From: Lama glama | Lineage: Eukaryota | Length of the DNA stretch: 64,000 bases | Direction of reading: 5' to 3' | Assembly: GCA_028534125.1 (NCBI GenBank) | Contig: CM052846.1 | Coordinates: forward strand, 682,001-746,000 | Shown here: positions 1 through 11,535 of the stretch, in pieces | Layout of the letters: every line of letters begins with the position of its first letter | How positions within the stretch are numbered: position 1 is the stretch's first letter | Made by a program: the position numbers and the translations under genes | Notes under the pieces: generated by a model | Database searches by the model: none | The model's input: the letters and a program-made list of their open reading frames with translations, nothing else | Told to the model about the DNA's origin: nothing

Positions 1-37
1 ATCGACCACCTAGGCTTTCTGCAGAGATAAGCATCTC

Positions 38-210
38 ATTCACCTGTAACAGAAGTCACGGAGCGCCTGCTGTGTGCCGCATGCTGACAGGGCCACAGCG
101 GTGAGTAAAATCAGGTCTCAGAACCTCTAGGCTTTGGAGTCTAGAGATGAAGACAATAGAGACAGTACGCAGTTAGCACCGAGTCCGCAGTGCTGATGCA
201 GACGCAAAAC
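38..210 (-). mobile_element. L2 LINE 3' end fragment
   Basis: gagcgcctgctgtgtgcc...cagcggtgagtaaaa...ggagtctagag resembles the reverse complement of the L2 3' terminus (GAGCGCCTACTATGTGCC...ACAGCGGTGAACAA...CTTACAGTCTAG). Confidence 0.6.
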
Positions 211-737
211 GGGGCCCGAGGAGGGAGGAGCAGTGACAGCCGGGGCTGCCGCCGCACAGCTTTGCGGTCCAGGCTCCATCTGATGCGGGGCTGACGTCAA
301 AACAGCAGAGGTGGCGTGGACACCGGTCCTGGGAGCCGCCAGCCAGTCACCGGGACCCGAGCGGAGCAGAGACAGTCGGGTGAGGGGACGTGCCGAGGGG
401 ACGCCGAGTGCCAGGCCGCAGGGGTTTCATTTTATTTATTAAACACTGGGGCAACTTTTGTGGTTTAGATTAGTGAAGTTGTTTGGTCAGAAAAACATGT
501 TGAGAAAATTATTCTTTTGGTAGAAGACACGAAGAATTGGGAGAGATGTGAAGCCAGAGAGAAGCAGTAATTTTGGTGGTGACTACTGATGCCTGAGAAG
601 GCGCCGTGGGACTGCTCCATCATGTCAGCCGCTCGGTGTGGTCTGCACCACTGCTATTTCGCTGAATTGCTCTAAGAAAGGCAGAGTGTGGGCTCTGACC
701 CACCAAGGCCAGGCTCTCAAACACCAGGAACTTGGCA

Positions 738-1210
738 TAGTGATGGGAACAGCCTGACGGTCGAGGTGGTGACAGTGAGAGACCAGGGAAGACAGAAGAG
801 GCAGAGATGGTGCAGGAGGGTTGGGTCAGGTTTGGCGACAGCTCAGATTTAGGGGATAAAGGAAAGATGGAGTGTTTATCCACATTTTCATCCTGGACGA
901 TTCTAGAAGCAGCATATTGTTAAGGAAATTAGGGGGACAAAATTGTAAGGAGGGGGAGAGGGTAATTCTAGCCTCAGGTGTGCAGAGTTTCAGGTGAGAG
1001 TGGATGGAGGTGGTGGTCATGCTAATGGTTGAGGAGTTTATCCTCCTCCAGGAGCAAAAGCAGGTTTCAGCTCTCGGCAGGGAGCGCCCAGCTGCAGCGC
1101 CCAGGAGGCAGGGACGTTTGGGGCCCCCGAGAGACGTGTGGAGTCGTGGTGTAGAAGTGACGGTTATGGAGCACAGAGTCGTAGGAAATGAGGAGAGTGG
1201 AAGAGAGCTG
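738..1210 (-). mobile_element. Degraded L2 LINE internal fragment
   Basis: Purine-rich tract gaggtggtgacagtgagag...caggtttggcgacagctcagatttagggg resembles antisense L2 (GGTGGTGGCAGTGGAGATGG...ACAGGACTTGGTGAT). Confidence 0.5.
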
Positions 1211-3980
1211 GGCGTCCTCGTCCAGAGTGGACCCAGGGACCCACGGGGAGAAAGGCTGTGTCGTCCTCAGCACCTGCATACCTGCTTGATCCAGCTCTGC
1301 ACACAGAGGATCTGGTCCGAAGGTCGAGGGAGAACAAGAGAAAGAGAGAAAGCACGTGTGTGTTTTGTAGGGCTGGGTCCAGAGGCAGGAGTGGAGGGTG
1401 CCAGTCGAGACGTGTGTGGTGGACGCGCGACTCCAGGGAAAGTTCAACCAGGACGGGGACCGTCCTTCCCTTCCTCCCTGCCTCCCTCCACCTCCTGCAG
1501 TGACACTTCACACTGTCTCCTCAGACTCACGCTGTTTCCTCCTTTCCTTCGTCTTGCTGAGACGTCCAGTCACCTCAGGAAAACCACACTTGCTCCCCTT
1601 AATCTCCATCTGCAGGGAAAACGTAAAAGACTGACCGGGACTGGCCTGGGGACAAGCCTTAGCCCGGCACCCACTCCTGGAAAACCCAAGCCCGGCATTC
1701 GGGTGGGAAAGCAGGGCAGCAGCAGCCCCCCGCCCACTGCCTCTGCGAGACCAGACGCTCCCGTGGAAGGGCCAGCTCACCCGCCCCACGTCTCCCCAGC
1801 AGGCACCCGTTTCAGAGTGTCGGCACCCAAATGGAAGCGCTTTTTCACGTCTCTGTGCTCAGCAGGCACCTCTGTAGTGCTCTTTCCCGCCAGCCCACAG
1901 TCCAGCTTCACCGCGTGCTGACCATCGAGTGCCCGGTGACTGCACCTGCCCGGGGGAGGCAGCACAGAGCCTCGGCCTCGTTAGGTCGGCGGAGGGTTCC
2001 GTTACTCACTGCGTTTGGAGCCTTTGGACAGGACGTGGCGCACGGTCCGCCCTGTGTGGGTGTCGCTGCTGGTGAGTCAAGTGAGGAAGGTATGATGCAG
2101 TTTCTACCCTCAACGAACTTTCAAAGAAGGGAGATTAATTTAGTTCATTGTTTTCTCATGTTGCTTAATTATTAGTGTAGCAGGACTACATGAGAGTCTT
2201 TCAGTAATATTAAGGGTTAAAATTATTTTTGTCATCCAGGGGAGAACCCTGACAATCCCTAACAGCCCAAGTCCACACTGTGCTCCGTACAATCAGCAAA
2301 CAAATTCCTACGAGAGGCGTCCTTCCGTAAGTTGGGGAACCCTCCACGTACGTAACATTCAGAGGCTGTTCCTTTGACCAGAGAGGAGACGCTTAGGTCG
2401 TGGTGACACTCTGTGAGTTTCTAAATGGGAAGAGACTTCCTCCCAGTGGAACAGCCCCAGAAATGGTGCAGAGCCCAGCAGAGGCAAGTGCGTCACAGGA
2501 GCATCTCCAGGAGCGCCGTCGCGGGGGACCTCTGGGCTTCCCTCTAGGGCGTGGCTTTGGAGCCTTACAGCCTGTAGCACCTGCTGGGGTCGGGGGAGCG
2601 GTGTTCCCCCACCCATGGGAGGAGAGTCTTTCTTTCAGGCACGAATAGGATGCCGTGATCCAGGTTGAGGAGGAAGAATGGTGACGGAAGGCACATTGTA
2701 TACCGTGGAGTCACAAGCAGGGAACTGAGCAGATGGTCCTACTTGTCAGATGAAGAGACTTGATTTTGAGAGGTTAGGGAGCACTCTGCAAATCAGAAGC
2801 AAGTCCTAGCCGTCCGGGCCACCACAGAGGATCTGTGCTGCGGGGGCCAGGGTCAGGGGGGCGCAGACAGGAGGCTGCCAGGATCCCCCCCCACAGCTAC
2901 CTTCCCTGCACAGAGGCACCCCCACTTTCTCACAAAGGACTCTTACAACGAACCTGTTTTAACTTCACGTGTGTGTAATTTTCTGTTTGCAAACCTCTCT
3001 AGACTGTTCCCACTTTCTCTGGAGGTCGATCTTCCTGGCAAACTTAAGAGCTTCTGATGTTGCTAGGAGGTGCAATTTACTGCTGAAGTGTGAGACGTCG
3101 CCCCAAATGGAAAGGGGAGGAACATGACGTGAACACACACGCGGGCCTTTTTCCCAGGAGGAGAGAGAATGTTAAGTCGCAAGGAGCCTCACTGCAGACC
3201 GGGCCGTGGGCCTGCTTCGTGGGCCCTTGGCATTCAGAGAAGGTTCCCAAAGCAACGTGACCTGGAAGCAGGGGTATGTGAGCTCAGGGTCAGGAACCCG
3301 GCAGACACGGCCAGCACGACGCGCCTGCGCCCGAGCACCGAGCCGGTGGGAGGCCCCTGGAACTCCCTGACCCGCCTTTCACTCATTGGTCAACCCTCCT
3401 TGTTTAAAACACACGAAAAAGCGAAAACATGTCAGCACATTTAATAGTAAAAATACAGAATTATTGTTCTTCTTTGTGCCTGAGTAGAATTCCAGAATTA
3501 TGTAGGCCTCGATTTTAAACAGTTAAAAAAATAAATGAGTCAACAGAATAAGAACACTGTTTATCCCAAAGAAACTCCTTTTCCTCCCAGAAGTGCGAGC
3601 GCCTTTTCCAGGCAGGACAGTCCATCAGACGTGACCTCATCAGGAAAAGCCAAGAATGAGAAACATTTTCAAAGAGAGGCTCAGCTAAACGCTCTATAAA
3701 AATATTCCTCTCTCCCTCTTTCTTTTTCTGGGGGGACATTTCCACAAAAAAAGCTTCCTGTTGTTAAATGGGCCCTGAACCAGTGATGACAAAATCATCC
3801 TTTACATTAACGGTGCTTTTGGCCTTTTGGGTCCTGGAAATAGGCAGGTTTTTTGAGGGCTTCCGTCCTAATTGTTTTCCCAAAATAGTTCACCTTTTTA
3901 GAGGCAGGTTTCTGATGACCATTTTCTTTCACTGAGAAATGATATCCCCTAAAACACTCTCACAAGTTGCCAACCTCTGC

Positions 3981-4031
3981 ACCACACACACACGTGCGCA
4001 CACACATGCACACACACGCACACGCACACAC
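3981..4031. repeat. Imperfect (CA)n microsatellite
   Basis: accacacacacacgtgcgcacacacatgcacacacacgcacacgcacacac. Confidence 0.85.
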
Positions 4032-4289
4032 AGTGCGACGTTTTCCTTAACTGACACCTAAAGCCCACACATTCCAGGTCCTGCAAAGTCCAGCCACACC
4101 CTAGATTTCCAATGTGTCTTCCAGTGTGGCCCCAACCCCTCCCTCCTTCCTTCTCTCTCCCTCCCTCTCCCCTGAGAGCGCCTTCTTCCAGACCGCATGC
4201 CCCTTCCTGGGGTCCGGTCCCTCCACCTCCATCGCCTGAAAGCCAACCCTGCCCCGAGGAGGCAGCGCTATTGCTAGTGCTGGAAGATT

Positions 4290-5360
4290 CCGCGCTGCCG
4301 TCCACCCCTCGTGTGCCGCGGGGCCTTCCGTGACCACCTGGACCTGCAGTGCGGGGGAGGCGCTCACACACGCCCCACCGCGGGCCCGCTCAGGCCGCCA
4401 GCCCTGTCTGAGGTGGGCTTGGGTGTGGCCGTCGGGGCTGGAACCTCCCGTCCAGCGCGTTCTCCCCTTCCTGCCGCCCTCCTCCCGCCCAGCACCGCGT
4501 CCCACATCACCCTCCGCCCTCGCCCTGCCTCGCCTCCTCGCAGGAGCCCCCTTCCTGGGTAGAAAGGGGACGGGGCGCTGATTCTTGTCCCCACTCCCGC
4601 TCGGCCTGACACCGCCTCCCGAGCTGCAGGCGCCGGCAGTGAGGCCCTCCCGCCAGGTGGGGAGACGCGCAGGTCTTCTGAGTAGATACGGGTGGGGAGC
4701 GAACGATCAGAAGGGGCCTGCGAGGGGGCAGTGGTGCTTCCCGGCCAGCACCGCTGCCGGCCCGCCGCGGAGCTCTCCAGCGGCCGTGCCTGGCGCGCTG
4801 CCGTCTGGGTGACCGCGCTCGCTTACCTCTGTTTCTCTTGCTGCTGGAAGACAACTTGTTCCTCGTGTGATTTTCCCAAAGAAAACAAGGAAGGCTGCTT
4901 TGGGTGTCGTGTTGGTGGAGGTGTCAGGGCGGGTGAGGCAGCGGAGCAGAAAAGGACACCGAGGACCGGGAAGGGGACACAGCCCTGCCCTGCGTCCTCG
5001 CGGGGCCCTGAGCACCGCAGCCTCAGGTTCTGCGTCCGTATTTTGGGAATCTTATTCTCTTCCCTAAATGGTTGCAAGAATCACACAGGACAGGGCAGGT
5101 GATCTGAAACACAGAACATTCAGCGGGACAGGGGCCACCTGAGCAGAGCCCTGCGGCGGGAGAGGAAACCCTCCTTCCGTCCGCAAGCTGAGCCCGGTCT
5201 CTCCCAACCCTTAGGAGAGAGCGTCTCTGGGAGGCCGAGGGAAGACAGCGCGATGCTGCGGAAGGAGAACAGGGGCCACGGGGCTGGCGCCTGGTCACCC
5301 AGCCGCTGACCCGCCGGCTGCCTGTTAGCGTAGGGCCGCTGTGTCCGCCCCCAGCCCCCC
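4290..5360. promoter_or_regulatory. CpG island / candidate promoter
   Basis: Very high GC and CpG density, GC-box-like motifs (cctcccgccc, ccctccgccc) and no recognisable repeats. It contains a minus-strand splice donor at 4821-4826. Confidence 0.6.
4827..4900 (-). other. Candidate exon 3' end (possible first exon) with strong donor GAG|gtaagc; upstream boundary uncertain
   Basis: Plus-strand gcttacctc at 4821-4829 reads GAG|GTAAGC on the minus strand. It sits in an AT-richer patch inside the CpG island. Confidence 0.4.
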
Positions 5361-6862
5361 ACCAGCAGGCAGGTGTAAAAGCACTTCAGCAGTGATTGGT
5401 CATTACTGACGCTGTTGAGAGGTCAGGGGAGACGGGCCGGGCCTGGAGCAGCCACTGGTCACGCGTCCTGGGTGCTCTTCTTCAACTGCGAGGACTCCAG
5501 CCGCAGCAAGTCAGCCTCGCCTGTGAGAGCCAGCCCTTCTCGAGCACTTCTTCCAGAAGTTTCCTTCTGGTGATTGTGCGGTTCTGCCTTCTTCCCGTGA
5601 TTCTAAAGTGAGCCCGAGGCTGTTGTTAATAGAGGAAGAGAATTGGTTAGTTTTGGGTGAAATGTGCAGCAAAACAATGCGCCAGAAAGAAGGCGGGTCT
5701 GGAAACAGAACAAAAAGACAAACAAAACTCCAGAAAGCACAGGTGGAAGAAGGGAACTGTCACTGAGCCCCTCGCTGCTGTTCCCTGCCCCGTCCTCGCG
5801 TGGGGGGCCCTCCCGGCTGAGGGACGTCGGGCTCGGGCGGAAGAGCCCCGGCCGAGCTGGTAGCAGGACGCCTTCTCAGCTCCCGTGGCCTCGGAGAGGG
5901 TCACACACGGCTCCCAGCGGAGCAAAGAAGGCAGAGGACCAGGGCTGCGGCAGACGTGTCAGGACAGAGCTTACGGGCTGGCGAGCAGAGCCGGAGAGAG
6001 GGCGGGAGTGAGTCTCCAGGAGGGACCGTCGGCCGCCCTCTCCCAGCCCCGCACCTCCACTTCTCTGACGACCAACAGCACGGGAGGCCAGTGCAGCCCC
6101 AGCCGCCCGGGACTCCCAGGGGGGCCTCCCTGGAGGACGGCGGCGGCTCACCACTGAAGAGCCCCCTCTGTTATTTGATGTGGATTTCGTTTCCGGGACT
6201 CTCGAGGTGGCCGTGGCCCCTGTCCCTGGGCTCGTCTGCAGGCGGGCAGTAAGGCAGGCTGTGCGGTGCCGGCTGTGTGAGCAGGAGAGGGGCGTGGGGA
6301 CCCGCAGGAGGGCCGTGAAAGGCCCGGGGAGCCTTCCTAATAGCTGAGTGGACAAGGCTGATAACGGGGTATCTTTTTATTGGCCCAACAGACAAGTCAC
6401 AGTGCACAAGCCTGCGGGCGGCTGCGGTGATTCGCGTTGGTACGATTCAGGCTGCGGCTTCCACTCCACGGCGGGGATGATCCAGGCGCGTGTATTATCA
6501 CAGGCGGCTGGAAGGGCTGCGAGCTATCTCGCCTTCTGCGCGTGCATATTCATCAGCGGTTAGTAAGGTGCTTTGTCCCTGGCGGTGTTGGATGCTTCAC
6601 AGCGAATCACGAACAACTCGAACAGCTTCATACACACGTCTTACTGATGCGGAAAGTCACTGTGGCCCAGGCGTGCTTGCTCTTTCTTTCTTTTCTGAAT
6701 GAGAGAGTTCTGCTTTACTTAGGATTCTGCAGAAAGCCTCGTAACCTTTTCAGTGATGCAGGGGTCTTGTGGACGGGAGAGGGCTGCTGTCAGCCCCCCT
6801 CAGAAGCTGACTGTCCAGTTGAAGAGAAAATGGGTGGATAGATGTTTAAAGAAACAGTCTGG

Positions 6863-7094
6863 GGAAGGGATAAACCGGGAGTTCGAGATTTGCAGATAGT
6901 AACTACTAAATATAAAATAGATAAACAAGTTTATACTGTACAGCACAGGGAACTATATTCAATATCTTGTAGTAGCCTATAATGAAAAAGACTATGGAAA
7001 CAAATATCCGTGTGTATACGCATGCCTGAAACATGATGCTGCGCACCAGAAATGGACACATTGCAACCGACTATACCTCAGTTAAGAAAGAGAG
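6863..7094 (+). mobile_element. 5'-truncated cetartiodactyl/camelid-type L1 3' end with TSD
   Basis: L1 3'UTR (ctgtacagcacagggaactatattcaatatcttgtag...ccgactatacctcag). Flanked by aaagaaacagtctgg (6848-6862) and aaagacatagtctgg (7095-7109), 13/15 identical, at a TTT|AAAG endonuclease-type site. Confidence 0.9.
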
Positions 7095-7944
7095 AAAGAC
7101 ATAGTCTGGAGCAGGAGCTCCTCTGTTGCTGCCCTCAAGGGGAACAGAAGAGGGGCCACCGCATTGCCCTGGGGCAGCAGAAGGGGAAACTGTCCCCCAG
7201 GGTACCCGCCAGCCCTTGTAGAAAGGGGCATTGTGGGAACCCGCTGTCCGTGGCGAGGCAGAGGGCCAGAGGGGAAACTGAATGGTCAGCAGCCCGAAGC
7301 TGAGTGAAGGGCTCCGTGAAGTCCGGGAGGGAAGACGCGAGAGGACAGGAGGAGACAAAAATGTTCAGCAGCTGACAGTGAGGGAACGCGGGGCTAAAAA
7401 CAAAGGAGGCGAGGCAGCTTTTCCTGTCTGGGGACGGGGAGAAATGGGATCAGTTAGAAGCCAATTATCTCTGATTGCACAATCAGGACCCGGCTTCCAA
7501 ACCCGGCTGCAGCCCCACCACCCCCAGGGCCGAGGCCACCTGAGGATGATGTCAGAGCTGGGAGCTGGCACCTGTGAGAGGACTTCAGCCCTGATTAGCA
7601 CAGGCGGCATTTGGGGGCCGTCTGAGTCCTAACAAAGCTGAGAACTTCCTGGCGGTGCCTGGCCTCCTTGGCCAGCAGAATATCAATTTCTGAGTTGTCA
7701 GCCGCCAAACAACCTGAAATAAACTTTCTGATATCCCTGGCTTTTGCTCTCAGCCCTCAAGGAGCGTCCTCAAAAGTGCCAGCCCTAAATCCACCAGCCC
7801 CGCTACCCCCCACATCGCTGCCCCGAGCACCTAGGTGTCTAGTCTGCGTGAGGCCAGCTCTGTCCTCCACGTGTAACCAAGTGCAAATCCCGCGGGGCTG
7901 CTTCAGGGTCTGTTTTTGGTTTTGCCTTCTGTTTTATTTTGTTT

Positions 7945-10490
7945 ACACTTTTATTGAGATATAACTGACATACAATAGACCTCCCATACTTAAAGGGCAC
8001 AATTTGAGAAGTCACACCAAGTACGTACACCCACCAAGCCATCACCACCAGGATAATGACCGTAGGACCCCACAAGCTTTGGCAGCTCCCTTTGTAATCT
8101 CCTTCTGGACCCTCGGGAACCAATGACTACTTTATGCTTGTAATATCTTTTTTTCTTTTTTTTTTTTTGCAATTTATTGCTAGAATTTTATCTGGTTGTT
8201 ACAAGATCTGCAAGGGTATATACATTTACAATTGTAATGTCTTTCTTATAAATGGAGTCATGGAGTGTGTACTCTCTTTTGTTCTGTCTTCTTTCATTTA
8301 TCATAATTATTTTGAGATTCAGCCAAATGTGTCTATCAATAAGCCATTCCTTTTATTACCAAACGGTATCTCATTGCAGGGACGCACAACACCTGGGTCA
8401 CCCATCCACCTGTGGATCAATATTTGGGTTGCTTCCAGTTTGGGGATATTGAAAATAAAGTTGAGGTGAACATTTGTGTACAGGTCTTTATAAACACATA
8501 CCTTCATTTCTCTCGGGTAAATACCTAGGCCAGTAGCTGGATCATCTGATATCCAGGTGTGTGTTTCACTGGTTAAGAAACGGACAAACTGTGTTGTGCC
8601 GTTTTCCATCCCACCAGCAGGGCAGGAGCGTTCCGGTTCCTCCGTATCCTGTAGACACAAAAACAGCCGGTGTCTCCGATTTTAGCCGTGTGAGTAGGTG
8701 TTCGTGGCTTCTCACGGCGGCTCTGACTTGCATTTCCGCCCTGGTGACTGGTGCTGTTGGGCAGGCGTGCTCGTGCGCCATCAGTGTGTCTTCTTTGGTG
8801 AAGTGGTTTTCAAATCTTTTGCCAATTTTTAAATTGCGTTGTTTGTTTTCTTACAGTTGAATTATGGGAGTTTGTCTATATTCTAGACGTGAATCCTTTA
8901 GTGACCATATGATATTTGAAAATACTTTTCTGCCAGTTTTTGTTGCCTTTTCATTCCCTGAACAGTGTCTGTCAAGGAGCAGCTTTTAATTATAATTAAG
9001 TCCAGTTTATCCATTTCTCCCTTATGGATCCTTCTTAAAGGTTTATAGCCTTAGGTTCTGTGTTTAGATCTAGAACGCAGTTTAATTTTGGTGCGGGCTG
9101 CGCGACATGGTTTGAAGTCCCCTGTTCTGCGGAAGGACATGCAGTGTCTTCAGCACCACTTGTTGAAGAGCGTTCTTCCTCCAGGAGTTGCCTTCGCACA
9201 GAACCCACTTGTCCGTGTACATGTGGGCCTCTCTCTTCTGTTCCGCGGACACGCTTCTCCGTCTTTACGCCAAGTCCACACTGCCGAGGTGGCGGTGGCT
9301 CTGCGATAGTCTTGGAATTAGGTGGTGTTAGCTCTCTATGTTTGTCCTCCTTTCTCAGACTTCCTTGGCTGTGTGTGGACTTGCCTTTCCATGTGAACTT
9401 TAAAACCAGTTTGTCAATTTCTACTTAAAAGAAAAAAAAACCTAGCAGGATTTTCACTGCGAGTGCATGGAATCCATAGACCAGTCTGGGGAGAATTGCC
9501 ATCTCTGACGTATTCTGGCGCTGCGTTTGACTTACAAGTTGAGTTGGGAATGTCCTCTCCTGTTCAAATTTCTGGAGAAAGCATTTGTGTGGAATTGGTA
9601 TTACTTCTTTGTTAAATACTCGATGCATTTTACCACGGAGGTCATCTGGGACTGGACTGTGGAAACATTTTTAACTGAAACTTCAGTTTCTTTAACAAAT
9701 ATATTCAGATTTTCTGCTTCTTCATGAGCACCCTGTGATGGTTTGTGTCTTAGAGGATGTTTTTCCACTTAAGGTGTCGGTTTTATCAGCATAAACGTGT
9801 TAATATCTCCCTATTACCCTTTAACCGTCTGTAGACTCTGCAGTGACGTGACTTCTTACGTTACAGGCCATCTCCCGCTCTCTCTCTCTCTGTTTTTTCC
9901 TCGTCAGTTTGGACTTGATCCTTCGGGGTCTTGCTTTTAAATTGTTAGGGAGAGCTGGAGTCCCGCCTTGCCTACGTTCTTCTGTGTCCTCTGCCCGCTC
10001 TCCCGTGGGTCCGGGCTCTTCCAGCCTGGAGGCGGGAGCAGACGCTCTTCCTGGCGCGGTGTGCCGCCCCTGCTGGCCTCTCTGAGTCAGTCTCCCCCGC
10101 CGCGGGTCCCTTACACGCACGGTCTGCTCAGCGCTCAGCCAGGAGCCCGGGGAGCTCTGCGGCCCCCGGGCATCCCCTCTCCGTGTAGCGAGCCCTCTCC
10201 TCTCCAGTTCTCTGTTCTGCAAACGAGCTGCTGTGGTCTCCCCAAACCCTCGACTTCTCTTCAACTCAGACAGGCCTGAAGGCTCCGTCAGCTTCCGCAG
10301 CCTGGATACTCTGAGGCAACAAACGGCAGGGGTTAGAGTCTTTGTTCTCCATCTCTCCTGGGTCACTGTCTCTCGTTCCCCGGGGCCGGGGGCCACGGAA
10401 ATCATCGTTCCGTATGTTCTGTCTGCTTTTGGTTGTTTCAGTCAAGGGGGCAGAACTGGTCCCTGGGAGTCCACTGTGGCTGAGGGGAAG
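7945..10490 (-). mobile_element. Old L1 (L1MC/L1MB-like), internally deleted, with 3' end, ORF2 pieces and 5'-end-like sequence
   Basis: 3' end tttattgagatataactgacatacaata. ORF2 remnants ttcatttctctcgggtaaatacctagg and ccagtctggggagaattgccatct. The 9930-10490 segment resembles L1M 5' ends. Confidence 0.8.
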
Positions 10491-11507
10491 CCCTCTGATG
10501 CGGAGAAGGCCGCCAGGGCCCTGGGGAGGGAGGCGGGCTGCGCCTCTTCATGCTGCTTGGCTGCACATTTCCACCCCCCGGCCCTCCTGAGAGCGCTCCC
10601 TCTCCTGGGTCCATGAGAAGCTGTTCCGGAGATACAGATTCTCCCAGGAGCTGTGTGGGTGGACCTGGGACCGGCGTCCTTCCCACCCTGGGGTTCAGAG
10701 TCAGTCGGCAGAGAGCCGGGCCGGGACGTCCGCCCGGAAGCCGAGCTGTGCGGGGGCTCGCCCTCTGACTCCCCTCCTCCTGAGGCTCCTCCCTCCCTGT
10801 GTTCTCCTCACCGCAGGGGCCCCCGCGTTGGGAGAGCCCACTTGATGGAGCAGAGAGCTTAGTGCAGAGAACCACACAGAAAACTTGACTTTGAAAGGAG
10901 CAAAGGGAACGTTCTCTAGGAAGAGTTCCCTTCCTTTGCTCTCTGCCACTTTTTATGTTTGAAGGGGCTGGAGAGGCTGAGAAAGGCATCTGCCAGATCC
11001 TTCAGGCTGAGTCTGCAAGGCCAGAGCGCGGGCGACTGCAAGAGCAGCAGTAAATGCGGGTTCCGCCTCCGCAGGGGCGGCTGGTGGCTCAGGCACCAGC
11101 GGGGGGCCCCTGACGCCCCTTACTAATTCCTTCCCGCCCTCGGTTCTGGCCGTGCCTCTGCGTGCTGCAGTGGCTGTGAGACGCTGGGGACAAATGAACG
11201 GCAGAATCTGGCATAAAAGAAAGTGGCAGGAGTTGGGGCAGAAATGAGTTTGTGGAGTTTCTAGAAAAATTCAAGGGGAATTAGTTCTTTTGTGCTGATA
11301 GGGACTGGCAGTTATTCACACTCCAGAAACAGCACATCCGAGGACTCACAGTGTCCCCGAGTCTGCAGCAAAGTCCATAGGCGCCCCTGTCTCCCCCGGC
11401 CCCGAGGGCCCAGTCTGGGGGCCTCTCCCTCTGGTGCTGAATTAGGTGCCGGTCCGTGATGCTCACACGGAGCCTGGGTTTCTGCACCTCCACGTCTGGC
11501 TGCTGCT

Positions 11508-11535
11508 GTTGTTTTGTTTTGTTTTGTTTTGTTTT
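11508..11535. repeat. (GTTTT)n microsatellite
   Basis: gttgttttgttttgttttgttttgtttt. Confidence 0.9.

Noticed and set aside
1004-1921. 305-aa ORF
   Set aside because: Begins within an L2 relic, has biased composition and shows no recognisable homology.
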